36,763 nt of DNA from Octopus bimaculoides (GCF_001194135.2 NC_068992.1:20012987-20049749), one strand, 5' to 3'; positions 1 to 12,482 are shown, numbered from the stretch's first letter. The notes: generated from the sequence alone by a model not told the origin. Program-made: numbers and translations.

Positions 1-406
1 TTTCAGTCATTTGACTGTGACCATGCTGGAGCACCGCCTTTTAGTCGAGCAAATCGACTCCAGGACTTATTCTTTGCAAGCCTAGTACTTATTTTATCGG
101 GTCATCTTGCCGAATCTTTAAGTTACGGGGACGTAAACACACTAGCATCGGTTGTCAAGCGATGTTGGGTGGGGGGACAAACACAGACACACAAACATGT
201 ATACACACACACACACACACACACAGATACATATATATACATACGACGGGGCTTCTTTCAGTTTCCGTCTAAAAATCCACTCACAAGGCTTTGGTTGGTT
301 CGGGGCTATAGTAGCAGACACATGGCCAAGGTGCCACGCAGTGGGACTGAACCCGGAACCATGTGGTTGGTAGGCAATCTACTTACCACACAACCACTCC
401 TACACC
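1..406 (-). mobile_element. tRNA-derived SINE, family A (long, with internal CA/TA microsatellite); 3' tail runs off the window start
   Basis: The minus strand has an A-box-like TGGTTGTGTGG (396-386) and a B-box GGTTCAGTCCC (353-343). A (CA)n(TA)n tract lies at about 205-245. The tail reads GGCGGTGCTCCAGCATGG...TGACTGAAA. Homologous copies occur at 24141, 29952, 33588 and 36530. Confidence 0.9.
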
Positions 407-419
407 GATAATATATACA

Positions 420-660
420 TTATATTATGTAACATATATGCATAATATATACATATATATATATATATACATGTATGTATATATATATATATATATATAT
501 NNNNNNNNNNNNNNNATATATACATATATATATAAATATATGTATATATACATATGTATACATGTATATATGAAGAGAGAGAGACAGAGAGAGACAGAGA
601 GAGACAGAGAGAGAAAGAGAGATGAATGAGAGATAGATGGATAGATATATAGTTATGCAT
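420..660. repeat. Compound (TA)n/(GA)n microsatellite with a small N-gap (501-515)
   Basis: Directly visible dinucleotide runs. Confidence 0.9.
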
Positions 661-1654
661 ATAGGATCGTATCAATTCATGGATATATAGATTGGGGCGG
701 GGGGGCGTACATATACATGAGCATACATATATATATACATGAATAAACATATATATTATCAATGTATTCTTATAATCGTTTTCATATACATAATTATACT
801 TGAATATATATGATCTCAAGTGTATAGGTGTACGCATGCACGCAAGTGTGTATAGGTGTTTAACTCTATGCGAGTGGGTGAGAACGTGTGCGTATTTGTG
901 CGTATGCGTTCGATGATAGTTGATTTTATATGTATATCTTTCATGTATCACAATAACCTAGACGTTTGACATTTTTCTCAGAATTGCAACTCTTGCTCTA
1001 TGTTCCGAAAGAAATTACTATTCTAGTGTGAAATATTCTAAAATTTGGGTTCAAACTAGTTCATATGATGCGACTAACAAAATTCCAATAATTGAATGAA
1101 CATCTCAGAAGCGTTTTCAAGTAAATAGTTTGTTCGTATGTCGATATATCTGTATAGGTATAAGCGTATGTGTTTATGTCAGCGAGCATATACAACTGAC
1201 TACGTGCATTTCTATGTCTATATATTTATATGATGTAGGCATTTTCAAGATGGCGTCAAGCTTCGGCAAAATTTGTCTTGCACAGTAAGAAGTTTATATA
1301 TATTTCAAAATATGATATATGATTCTACCCACCCTGGGTTTTTGATGATATGTTTCAGATCAAAGTGCACAACTGTGAGATAAGCAATGACTGTCAAAGT
1401 TAGAAGTGTTACAGTGTTGCAATTGCTTACATCATTGTTCCATGATGTAATACCAACGAACCGATACAAATATTGTGTTTGTTGAGAGATATGCGTTTCG
1501 GACATTTCCCGTACCTGCTATTGTTTAAAAAATAATCTTTTAATATATACGTTTCAAGGCCACTCGAGCCTCCGTTGTAAACACGAGCGAAACATTTTCC
1601 CTCTATGTGGGACTGTAAGTGTGCGCATATGTATGTATGTATGTATGTATTCCA

Positions 1655-1751
1655 AGCATTATTATCGAGTTAGAAAACAGAGTGATCTAATGGATACAAA
1701 TTAATTTGTATCTATTAGATCACTCTTTCTTTTTACCTCGATAATAATGTT
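1655..1751. repeat. About 97-bp fold-back palindrome
   Basis: 1679-1702 pairs with 1703-1726 with one G.T mismatch and no spacer. The outer arms CATTATTATCGAG (1657-1669) and CTCGATAATAATG (1737-1749) are perfect. Confidence 0.9.
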
Positions 1752-2679
1752 CGATAATTTACGATATTTAATATAATATATTGATTGAAGAAATATCTCT
1801 TCAACATATAATATATTAAACCAGTGTGTCTTGGATATAATACCCTTGCTTTCTGCTATTGTGCCATTGTAGTTGAGTTCCTCCTATTACATAATAGCCC
1901 TATATTGCTTGCATGTTTGTTTAACGGATGATAAGTAGGTATCGAGTGGTACTATGGAGTGCTGCAGACGATACGGTAATTTGACGCGCACCTACAGCAA
2001 CTACTTCTATTTACTTTCTTGTTATTTCCAACCGATGTCTATAAAATAGAGTTTAGCATGAAGGTTCGATATGCTTATCATTAATCTATGGTTATAGTTC
2101 ATACTATTTTTCCTTTACTTGAAACTAACATTATAAAACGTGTGAACTGAATTAGTGCCTTCTATTAAAAGATCATATTAAAACTCTACACGTTTAATCA
2201 CATCACGGACTGTTATGAGAAAATGAATTAGTTTCCATTGCACGAAAGACCGTTTGTTATATAAATTTTGGAATAATTAGTTTACAAAGTTTCACTTAGC
2301 TTATTTTAATAACAACTATATCCATTTGATTGCAGTTAAGTCAATCGTAGAAAAGATGGAAATATCAATGTTTTTTTTTTTCTTTTATTCCTTTCCCTTT
2401 TATTTTTTTCATTGTGACTACCAGTTTAATTTCCGTAGTGTGATGGATTTCAACCCTTCGGTAATGTCAGAACTGCATATATTTCGCTCACTTCTATGTT
2501 AGCGCCTGAAGATTAGATATGTGACGTGAATCTTTATCAGGTTGAGAATATAGAAGAGACCACCGACCAGGCTTGTCAGAAATCCGATACAACGCTATGA
2601 AGAAATGAAGCCCATAAAATAATATACTGTAGCTTACGTTTTACTTTAGAAGTTCATAAGTGATATTACCAAATACGCC

Positions 2680-2749
2680 TGTATGTATATGCATATGTAT
2701 ATGTATACATGTGTATGTATGTATGTATGTATGTATGTATGTATGCATG

Positions 2750-2788
<39 letters not shown>

Positions 2789-2799
2789 ATAACTACCTA

Positions 2800-2881
<82 letters not shown>
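2680..2881. repeat. Compound microsatellite (ATGT)n(ATCT)n(CT)n(AT)n
   Basis: Directly visible. Confidence 0.95.
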
Positions 2882-2884
<3 letters not shown>

Positions 2885-3228
2885 TCGCGATCGCAGGATC
2901 ACGGTTTCGATTGCCAGACTGGGCATTGTGAATGTTTATTGAGCGAAAACGCCTAAAGACTCCGGCATGGGGTGGTGGCGAACCCTGCTGTACTCTTTCA
3001 CCACCACTTTCGCTCTTTCTTCCTGTTTCTGTTGTACTTGTATTTCAAAGGGCTATCCTTGTCACAGTATGTGTCTCGCTGAATCTCTCCGAGGACTACA
3101 TTAAGGGTACACGTGTCTGTGGAGTGCACAGCCATTTGCACTTTAGTTTCACGAGCAGGCTGTTTCGTTGATCGGATTCCTCCTCGTTCCGTTGACTGAA
3201 ACCCTCGTCGTTACCAACGGAGTGTCAC
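2881..3228 (+). mobile_element. tRNA-derived SINE, family C; the 5' A-box region is replaced by (TA)n
   Basis: GC-rich island with a B-box-like GGTTTCGATTGCC (2903-2915) after GACTCGCGATCG. Body and tail (ACCCTCGTCG...ACGGAGTG) resemble an abundant octopus SINE as I recall it; family name not verified. Confidence 0.75.
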
Positions 3229-5564
3229 GATATTTATATATGTATGTATATATGTATGTGTATATATGAGGAAGAAAGAGAGAAAATGACAATGTGACAT
3301 AAGTATATATGAATATACAAATACACATATATGTTTACATATACGTACATACACAGATACACATATTTATTTGTATGTATATTTGGCAAAAACTATTCTC
3401 AAAATAGTTTACGAGTGGTTTTCGAAAACCAGAATCGAAATAAATATTATTAAGGTCAATTTTAACATTATTTATATTTGTTCAATTTCATTTTCTCATC
3501 TTACACTCTTCATAATTCTAGTCTTAAATAGCAAGAAAATTTTTCGTCTTAGATATTTCACTTTACTCCTAATTCTGTTTTATCGATTGTCTGCAGAAAT
3601 ACAGCCGTTGGCAATTCGCTTGTACTACGATGAAAGAAAACTCAAATTTTATTGTATATTAATTCTGCAGCATTTCCATCAAGTCTTTCTTTTTGCCTGA
3701 TGAGATTTAGGCCAACTTGCTGCAATCAGCACTCCGAAACAAACCGTAGACATTTTGTTTCTAGCCTACGAGCAACTTTACCCGAAATTACATTTTGTAT
3801 CTCAAAAAATTATCTTCTTTTAAACACTGCTTTATATTATAGCTGCAATTTATTGTATTCTCGTTCAAGATTTGTAATTGTAACTAGATTATGAAATTTT
3901 GTCTATAATTTTGTCTAAGTATGATGAATAGCGCCTGTAGGTTTTTCAAATTTTCTGATACCGGTACGATTATTACGGACGGAATTCAATTTGAATTCGC
4001 GGGCGTTGAAGTAAATTTGACTTTGGGAATAAATGATAGCTGGGCGTGCTTAGTACGGAGCACGTCTCCTGAGACGCAGTTCGCTTAGTAGAAATAAGAT
4101 AGAGAGTACAATGAGGATAAGTAGGTTGTTGTTCTGTTGTCTTGCTCACAAAAGACTTTTGTATTCGAGGGGCATTTTCCTATAATTCTTTTTTACCAAA
4201 GCCATTTAAACATTAATAATCGTGTTGCCTGAAAATTATTATGTTAGTGAATAATAAAGATATTCTGAAGTAAAGCAAGGTGAAAAGGAAGGATTGATAA
4301 TATCGGCTGCTCTTCATTTTGAAACGCTTTGATAAGTATTGTTCATAAGTAAGTAGTTTATAGTACTATTTGTATTTCTACTAATATATGATATATTTTA
4401 CAATTTACGTGCTTTAAGAAGATTTATTGTATAAATACAAATAACACACCCACGCATCATTCTGTTTCACTGACGTCCTCTCTCCACTCCCTCTACTTAT
4501 ATATGTTTGTGTGTACATGTACTTATATAAGCATGCATGTATGCATAAATATATGCTCACTAACATGTGAGTACACACACACACATACAAACGCACACAA
4601 ACACAGTCAAACATACACACTTTCATATATATACATGATTTTGTATATATGTGAGCATATGTATGCAGTGTGATAAATATAGCTAAACATTGCTCGAAAC
4701 AATTTACAAATGTTGAGCATAAGATTTTTTAAAATTACAAGACGTCAATGACACGTAGGATAATCACTGATATCAACGCAAGGTAGTTGTGCTATTCAAT
4801 AATGAATATATATATATATATATATACATATGTGATAGAGGACGTATTAATACGTATTATGGCATTCAATAAGGTGATACAGGAAGTATAAATATGTGAA
4901 TTTTCAGATATAGCAACATTATATTTTGGACAAACAGAATACCCTTGTTTAAAAGTGCATAAATATTACCTCAATAAAGCACATTAGTCGTTGTGTGTTC
5001 GAATTCTAGGGAGAGTCTATTTTGCATAATTCTACACTAGAATACAATTGGATCGCTCGTTTCTGTTCACTGCAGACGGTTTTCCCTCTATAGAATTAAA
5101 TATATATCCCTTAATTAGAAAACAGCATTTCACATAGTTTCTCCATTTTGAAATAATGCAAGTAGACAGGATCGATCACCACGTTAGGTCCTGATATCGC
5201 TTCATACAAAACGGTAAATCACCGTTGTGCAAAAGTGTAAGTAAGAGTTAATAATATCCATTTTCTATAACGCGGAATCATTTAGACAAATTAAAGCGTA
5301 TAATGTGTTGACTGGTTGTTCAAATATTCTTTTCGTTTTCAATCTGAGTAACTCTAATTTGAGGATTTAAGAAGAAAAAGATATACCAATTGTATGATTT
5401 CTTGTTGATTTGTTGCATTATAAGAAACTCCGACTTCGTTAGAAATGTTTGTAAAGGTCTTTTCGCTTACGTCTTGTCTTTTTTCTTTCTCTTTACTAGG
5501 TTTTACGGGGGAATCAGGTAGATGTTTTCTAATTTTTATTGAAACTAAAAACACACATTAAAGG

Positions 5565-5567
<3 letters not shown>

Positions 5568-5613
<46 letters not shown>

Positions 5614-5640
5614 GTACTTATATATATAATATATATACAC
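5568..5640. repeat. (AT)n microsatellite
   Basis: Directly visible. Confidence 0.95.
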
Positions 5641-6360
5641 GTGTATATCAGGCATGTGTGCTTATATGTGCGCTTGAGCATCTGATTGTTTGTGGGTAAC
5701 GGAATTTATATTTATGTCTTATAAGTTACCCGTTCGTTATCAGATCTCAATAAAGTATATAAAATAAAAGAAATACGGGCTGTGGTCGATATGCTCAATT
5801 ATATACATAAAGTCTGTGTCCTAATCTCGGAGAAAACCTGTTACTGACATCAGTAATTCAAAGAAGAAAATTGTACGTGTGTGTCTTTGTATGTGCGTTT
5901 GTATGTATAAATATATGTGCATGTGTGTGTGAGTGAGCGTGTGTGTATTTTTGTGCGTAATCAATACGGTAATGCTTACCATGGTGATACTGATTGATAT
6001 CGTTCATGTTGAATTTTCACCATTCCTCTTATTATTTTAATATGGTTGACTCACTCTTGTCCGCATGACCATTTATTTAATACTTTTGTTACCTGAGTCG
6101 TATGTTGTATTGAAGACAACGCGATGTGAAGTTCTTGCTTTAATTACAGTTGTAATTATTTCTAATAACTTTGTTACATGACAAAGTAAAAGAAAGATAT
6201 TAAAAAATATATAAAAGAGATTTTCATATTTCTGTTCATTATTCTATTCATTATTTTCTTTTTCATTACCATGACTATACAGCACCATTTTTAATTGAAG
6301 TATACCTTGGAGTACATTGTCCAATATGTCTTTTTCTGGTAATAACTGTGGATGATAAAA

Positions 6361-6512
6361 CGAGATTGCAGAATCGTTCGAACGCCAGGAAAAATGCTAA
6401 GCCTAATTTCGACCGTCGTTACGTTCTGAGTTTAAATTGTGACTAGATCTTCTTTGCCTTTCATAATCACGGTGTCGATAAATTAGCTGCCAGTAGAGCA
6501 ATGGAGTCGATG
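6361..6512 (+). mobile_element. SINE family B, diverged and 3'-truncated
   Basis: Aligns by eye with the 21360-21597 copy: GCAGAATCGTT..AAATGCT..TTACGTTCTGAGTTTAAA..CTTTGCCTTTCAT..GTCGATAAATT. Confidence 0.8.
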
Positions 6513-6821
6513 CATTGTGTGTGTGTTTGCGTGTGTATGTGTATTTTCTTTGTGTATGTAGAACTGGATCATTTAATGTATTATAACATATTTTCGAGTT
6601 TCTCTAATTTTATCTCGCGCATAAATATTGACCCCCACCCCGCCCCGATTTATTCAATATGAATGTCAAAAATGCACTTATATCCTTAAGAACTCTGAGA
6701 AAACAAGAAAAAAAAATCGGTAGCGACACTTTTACCAATACGTATAATTCGCAAAATATTTTGCGCTGCGCTATACAATTTCGGAGACATACATACGCTA
6801 ATTTTATTATAAATTCCAACA

Positions 6822-6874
6822 GACTGGTCACTGTCATTGTTCCACTTGACTGGAGCCACGTCAGTGACCAGGTC
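6822..6874. ncRNA. Candidate pre-miRNA-like hairpin (unverified)
   Basis: 18 of 21 positions pair in register (6824-6844 with 6851-6871), with three 1x1 mismatches, a 6-nt loop and 2 further basal pairs. It is a GC-rich island in an AT-rich background. Confidence 0.3.
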
Positions 6875-7459
6875 GCATTTGCTCTTGCAAAAATAGCGAC
6901 ACATAATAATAAATGGTTAAGAGAACATGACAGTTCCTTTGTTGGTCTTGAATGGTTAATATGCGTCTTTCATGCTGTAACTTTCTCTATTTATGATCCT
7001 ATATTTTGATAAGATTATATTCAATTGTAAAACAAATATAACACGAGCAGCATATTTCAATCATATTTGTGAAACAGAAGTACTATGCAATTTTTAACAT
7101 ATAGCATACACATATAAGCACAGGGTCTAGCGTAATCACATACTTTTAAGGACGGCCATTTTTCATATGGTGACAGCGAGACAAAGATTCGATATGTCTA
7201 ATAAGTATTCGTCATGCATGCATGCAGTCATACAACTTTCTTTTCGACAACCGTTTTAAAATATGGTGTGTATTATATCATTTAATTTCATTGTGCCTAA
7301 TAAAATTCTTTTAATGTTTAATAAGCTGCTTCTCTTTTATAACTTGGTAAGTTAAATATATATGCATTCTGTTATCTTATGCTAAAGCTAAATTAAATTC
7401 ATATATTCTCATATTAATTCATACGTTACTGGAATGGCTATGCTTAATTTCAAACTACC

Positions 7460-7837
7460 TCCATTTCCTCGTTCTTTTCCTTTTCCTTTTTTCCTTCTCT
7501 TATTCTCTTCCTTCTTGTTCCTGTTCTTCATTTCTTTTTCTTTTCCTTCTTTTTCTTTTCCTTCTTGTTCTTGCCGCCGTTCTTGCTGTCATTGTCGTTG
7601 CTGCTGTCGTTGTTGTTGTTGTTGTTTCTCTTGTTCTTGTTCTTGTTCTTCTTCTTTTGTGTCTCCACTTCTTTCTCCCCTACTTCTCTTCCTCCTCCCC
7701 TTCCTCCTACCAGCTCTTCTTCCTCTTACTCCTTTTTCTTCTTAAATCAATTTAATAGACTACATCCCCGACAACCTTCTGATTATTATTATCACTATTA
7801 TTATTATTATTATTATTAGTAGTAGTAGTAGTATTAC

Positions 7838-7873
<36 letters not shown>
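7460..7873. repeat. Degenerate (CTT/GTT/CCT)n pyrimidine tract followed by (ATT)n(AGT)n(ATT)n
   Basis: Directly visible; ends at the gap 7874-8225. Confidence 0.9.
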
Positions 7874-8225
7874 NNNNNNNNNNNNNNNNNNNNNNNNNNN
7901 NNNNNNNNNNNNNNNNNNNNNNNNNNNNNNNNNNNNNNNNNNNNNNNNNNNNNNNNNNNNNNNNNNNNNNNNNNNNNNNNNNNNNNNNNNNNNNNNNNNN
8001 NNNNNNNNNNNNNNNNNNNNNNNNNNNNNNNNNNNNNNNNNNNNNNNNNNNNNNNNNNNNNNNNNNNNNNNNNNNNNNNNNNNNNNNNNNNNNNNNNNNN
8101 NNNNNNNNNNNNNNNNNNNNNNNNNNNNNNNNNNNNNNNNNNNNNNNNNNNNNNNNNNNNNNNNNNNNNNNNNNNNNNNNNNNNNNNNNNNNNNNNNNNN
8201 NNNNNNNNNNNNNNNNNNNNNNNNN
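7874..8225. other. Assembly gap
   Basis: N run. Confidence 1.
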
Positions 8226-9163
8226 AAAAAAAAAAAATGACATTTCAACAACAACGATAACAAAATTAACATAACATATAATATATTTGATTGTAACAGC
8301 GTGCGTACCTATTGACTATTGGCCAAATGAAAATGAGACGTGTTATAACGAAACCTGTCGTTCGCAAGCGTACTTTTGAATAAAAGAAGTTCTAGATATG
8401 AATTATTTTGGTGAAATAGAAAGCGCAACAACATTTTGATATAAGGATGGGTATTATCCTAGGAAAAGCTCTCACGTCGGCATGCAAACGAAGACTGGAA
8501 ACGTACCGCTAACTTTCAAAGCGAAGCATGATTACTATGTTTCATCGGAAATATCTGGGTTAAATCGTTTCTATTGAGGAAGTATTACGTCATATGTATC
8601 GTTTTCAAATATAAGGGCGACGCACTAGCGCAAACAGAAATAATATGTGACCCATCTATCCCTAAATACTGTCACAATATTTGGGAAGGAAATTTCTAGA
8701 GTAACCATCAAAGACATCATGGTGATGTCGATCTCTTTCTTGTGGGCACTTTCAAAGCACAGTATGGATAGGTGGTCAACCTCTAGTTAACCATCGGTGA
8801 TAGGTAGTCGCATTGAATCACCAAAAAAACCTTCAAGTGCTTATAAGCGTAAAAGAGTTCAAATCTGTCTCAGAATTGTGCTCTGTAATGGTAACTGAAA
8901 GGAAAGCCCTGGAAACTGATCATACAGATTAGGAAGCCCAGCTCTTACATATACTGCAGAAAAAGCTAATTTAAATCCTTGTACTCAGAATATTTAAATA
9001 GAGAGAAAATACTGAAACAATCTCTGCACATCGCTAGTCATACAGTAGTACATCGTCATAAGGCATCACATGTTGCTCCCCTGGCGTCGCCGTACAAAAC
9101 ACAACATCCCATTTGCATTTCAGGTTAGTGTTAGGTTTAGGAAGTTGATTAGGTGACAGCTAG

Positions 9164-9780
9164 AACCTCCTCGCACAGCCACACACAGTAGTGACAATGA
9201 CAGAATATCAGAAAGAGAGTGTTATCCCCTGCAGTGTCTTAAACAGCAAGAAGAGAAACACAGGGAAAGCTTCTAATTTCCAATTACGACAAGGAAATTC
9301 AGTGAAGCCGAAGGAGATCAGATGCCATCTATGAAACAAAAAAAAAGAAGGTATCACGCAAACATCGAGAAAAGCAATTCAAAGTATGTTAAAAGCTCCT
9401 TTATTCAAAAGAGGTGCTTGTCGTTTCCAATGAACCATATCCTATGAAATAGTGCTTATCTCTTACAAAGAGAACCCCAACTTTAGTGGGGATGAGTCTA
9501 TAACCAGCAGAGAAGCATCTATCTCAAATAAAGAAGAAATCACTTTCTCAAATGAAATTCAGTTCACAGCTCATTGGATAACCAACGAAGTACACGAGGA
9601 AGTGTAAAAGCACGACGTCCTTTCAGATGAAATAGTTATAAAGATATGACTGAAATACAAAGATAACAATTTAGATACAGCATTTCTAAATATGATATTT
9701 GGGATATCCGTGATGTTTACGAAATATTATATGCTAGGTATCCTTGGTGCATGGTATTTTAGCCGCAATCTTTGTCTCAA
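9164..9780 (+). mobile_element. Possible decayed Gypsy-type gag/protease fragment
   Basis: One frame has only 4 stops (9332, 9431, 9605, 9647) over about 238 codons (9164-9877). It contains a degenerate zinc knuckle IRCHL*NKK..G (9317-9352), an acidic linker, and VIKI*..NLDTA (LDTA at 9671-9682), which resembles the aspartic protease motif LD(T/S)(G/A). Confidence 0.35.
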
Positions 9781-10215
9781 AAATTCCAAGCTGAAGATTA
9801 TGTGCTTTCCTACCTTTAAGAATGCTATAGTATATCATATTTCTAAAGTTGCTTTATATATATGCATGTACGCATAACCACGCATATATTATACATATGT
9901 GTGTGTCCATGTGTGTGCGTTTCTCTGTGCGCGTGTGTGTTTGTATGTTTCAGTGTCAGTGTGTGTATAATATATGTGTATGTGTGTATGCGTATATTTA
10001 TGTGCGTTTAACTGTTTATATATTGTGCTAAATAATGTTTTTATTACATCTCAATCGTACTGTAAAAGATTTTGCATGTTTTTATATTCTGTACCCATAT
10101 TAAACTGAATGACATGTTTCATTAATCACTTCTTATATCACTTGCTTGCTTCACGTTGCATTTTCTAACGTCCTTGTATTTTATTGTATTTTCCAACTCA
10201 CTGTGACTAGCTGAA

Positions 10216-10895
<680 letters not shown>

Positions 10896-11104
10896 ATCCA
10901 ATCAATTGTGCTGACAGGTATTGTCTACATCTTTAGAAAAATCCATATCAATTTAAATGTCTGTGTTGTATTACATGAAGATATTTCACTTCTGTCCCTG
11001 CAACTTCTCCTCCCCGAGCTTTCAGTCATACTGTAACATGTCTTATCTTCACACTCCCTAGGACGTGGGGGTTTGTCTCGGTAAATTATTGTCAGAAACA
11101 TGTA

Positions 11105-11848
11105 GGGAGGTGGCTCAGCAAGGGTGACCTAAAAAGGTAGATTGAAAACATAATTGTTGCTGCCCAGGTTCAGGCATCGATATCCAACTCAGTGAAAAGA
11201 GATATATACCACAAAAGTGCAACGAACCTCCGTAGATTGTGTGGCAAGAGGGTCGAAAGCCTGACTCAAATTGTTAGTGCTTGTGAAAGTCATTCAAAGA
11301 AAGAATACAAGCGCAGACACGACAAGGTAGCGCAGAAACTTCACTGGCTCCTATGCCGGAAGTATGGATACGAAGTAACAGGTGTTTGGTATCATCATAC
11401 ACCAGAAAATGTAATGACCGAAAAAGGGATGGCAAAATTCCTCTGGGACTTTGAATTCCATACAGACAAGTTGTTAGAGCGCCGAAGTCCGGACCTCGTA
11501 ACCTTTAAGAGGGACAAACACAGGTGCCTAATAAACGACGTAGCAGTGTCGGAAGATCAACATATTATCATAGAAAAAGAGAAAACATCGATAAATACGG
11601 AGACCTGAGAATTGAGATCGTCAAGATGTGACAGCTACAAGAGTCAAATATAAAGATTGTCCTTATTGTCATCGGCTCATTGGGTTCAATAACACTCAAC
11701 CTGAAGAAACATCTGGAAACTTTAGAAATACTATTTAGTCTAGGTGTATTGCAAAATGTGGCATTACTTTCAACATCACGCATATTGCGTAAAGTACTGT
11801 CTCTCTGAAATCCATGTTGTGACTTGAGAGACATGGTGGTGGCGGTGA

Positions 11849-11889
<41 letters not shown>

Positions 11890-11895
11890 ATAGTA
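11105..11895 (+). mobile_element. 3' fragment of a non-LTR retrotransposon with a restriction-like endonuclease (R4/Dong-like), pseudogenised
   Basis: Translation: WLSKGDLKR*IENIIVAAQ...RLCGKRVESLTQIVSAC...EYKRRHDKVA..LHW.LC.KYG...WDF..TD....PDLV....LINDVAV..D, then a frameshift near 11583, then IDKYGDL.IEI.KM*...VIGSLG...ILRKVLSL* (stop 11806-11808). This is the zinc knuckle plus PD-(D/E)xK REL domain. A short 3' UTR and a (TAG)n tail follow at 11849-11895. Confidence 0.9.
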
Positions 11896-12020
11896 TTGCA
11901 AACGCAGCTGAACATGATCGGACAGACATTTGATGAAAGACCTTAAGGGCGTGACGATTTAATGATTTTTTAATGTATCACCGACCACATCAGTTAGTGT
12001 AGCGTTTCGGCATTTAGAAC

Positions 12021-12280
12021 GCTGCATATGATCTAAAGGCTATTTCTCTGCCTTTTCTAGCACTTGGAGAGCACGCTAAGATCTCGTATAATCATTGTCG
12101 CCTATTGCGGTAGGCGTTGAGATTACGCTGCATTCAATCGTGATTAGCAAATTATAAGTAATTAAGGTAAAATCACCTCACCGGGTATTCTATTTCAATC
12201 TCCTTCCACTATTTGTCTCCATCTTGGCTTACTGTTCCCAACGCACCTATTATTATAGGTACGACCGTTACTGTTTGTAG
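12021..12280 (+). repeat. 260-bp direct repeat, copy 1 (probable donor)
   Basis: Matches 12906-13161 except for 2 substitutions and a 4-bp indel. Confidence 0.95.
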
Positions 12281-12482
12281 TCTACAAATTCTTCCTATTT
12301 CAATTTTTTTTTTCCTCTTTCTTCGCAATCTTAGAATCAAAGGGGCATAATGGGACGATAAGTAAGCAACTTCGCTTTACTTTATCTGTAATTGTAATAT
12401 CGGATCCATTATTGTCTATCTTCTTGTCCGTTTGAAGAGGAAAGTCCCACAAAGTCTTATATTTCTCCTATAATCATATATG

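Noticed and set aside
343-396. tRNA-like A and B boxes (also at 2903 and 21440)
   Set aside because: They are SINE heads with downstream SINE bodies; no complete cloverleaf.
152-951. ORFs of 73-183 aa at the window start
   Set aside because: They are translations of a SINE and of CA/TA/GA microsatellites or Ns.
1305-1515. Minus-strand ORF MSETHISQQ...WNND with a GTAAGC donor
   Set aside because: Weak acceptor and no recognisable domain. The 11-bp match to the 6.8-kb hairpin arm is expected by chance in 36 kb.
6659-7009. 116-aa plus-strand ORF and overlapping minus-strand ORFs
   Set aside because: No recognisable domain; splice signals exist on both strands and are inconclusive. The GC-rich core is better described by the hairpin.
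7434-8272. Cys/Ser/Leu-rich and poly-Asn/Ile ORFs
   Set aside because: Trinucleotide repeats and N-gap read-through.
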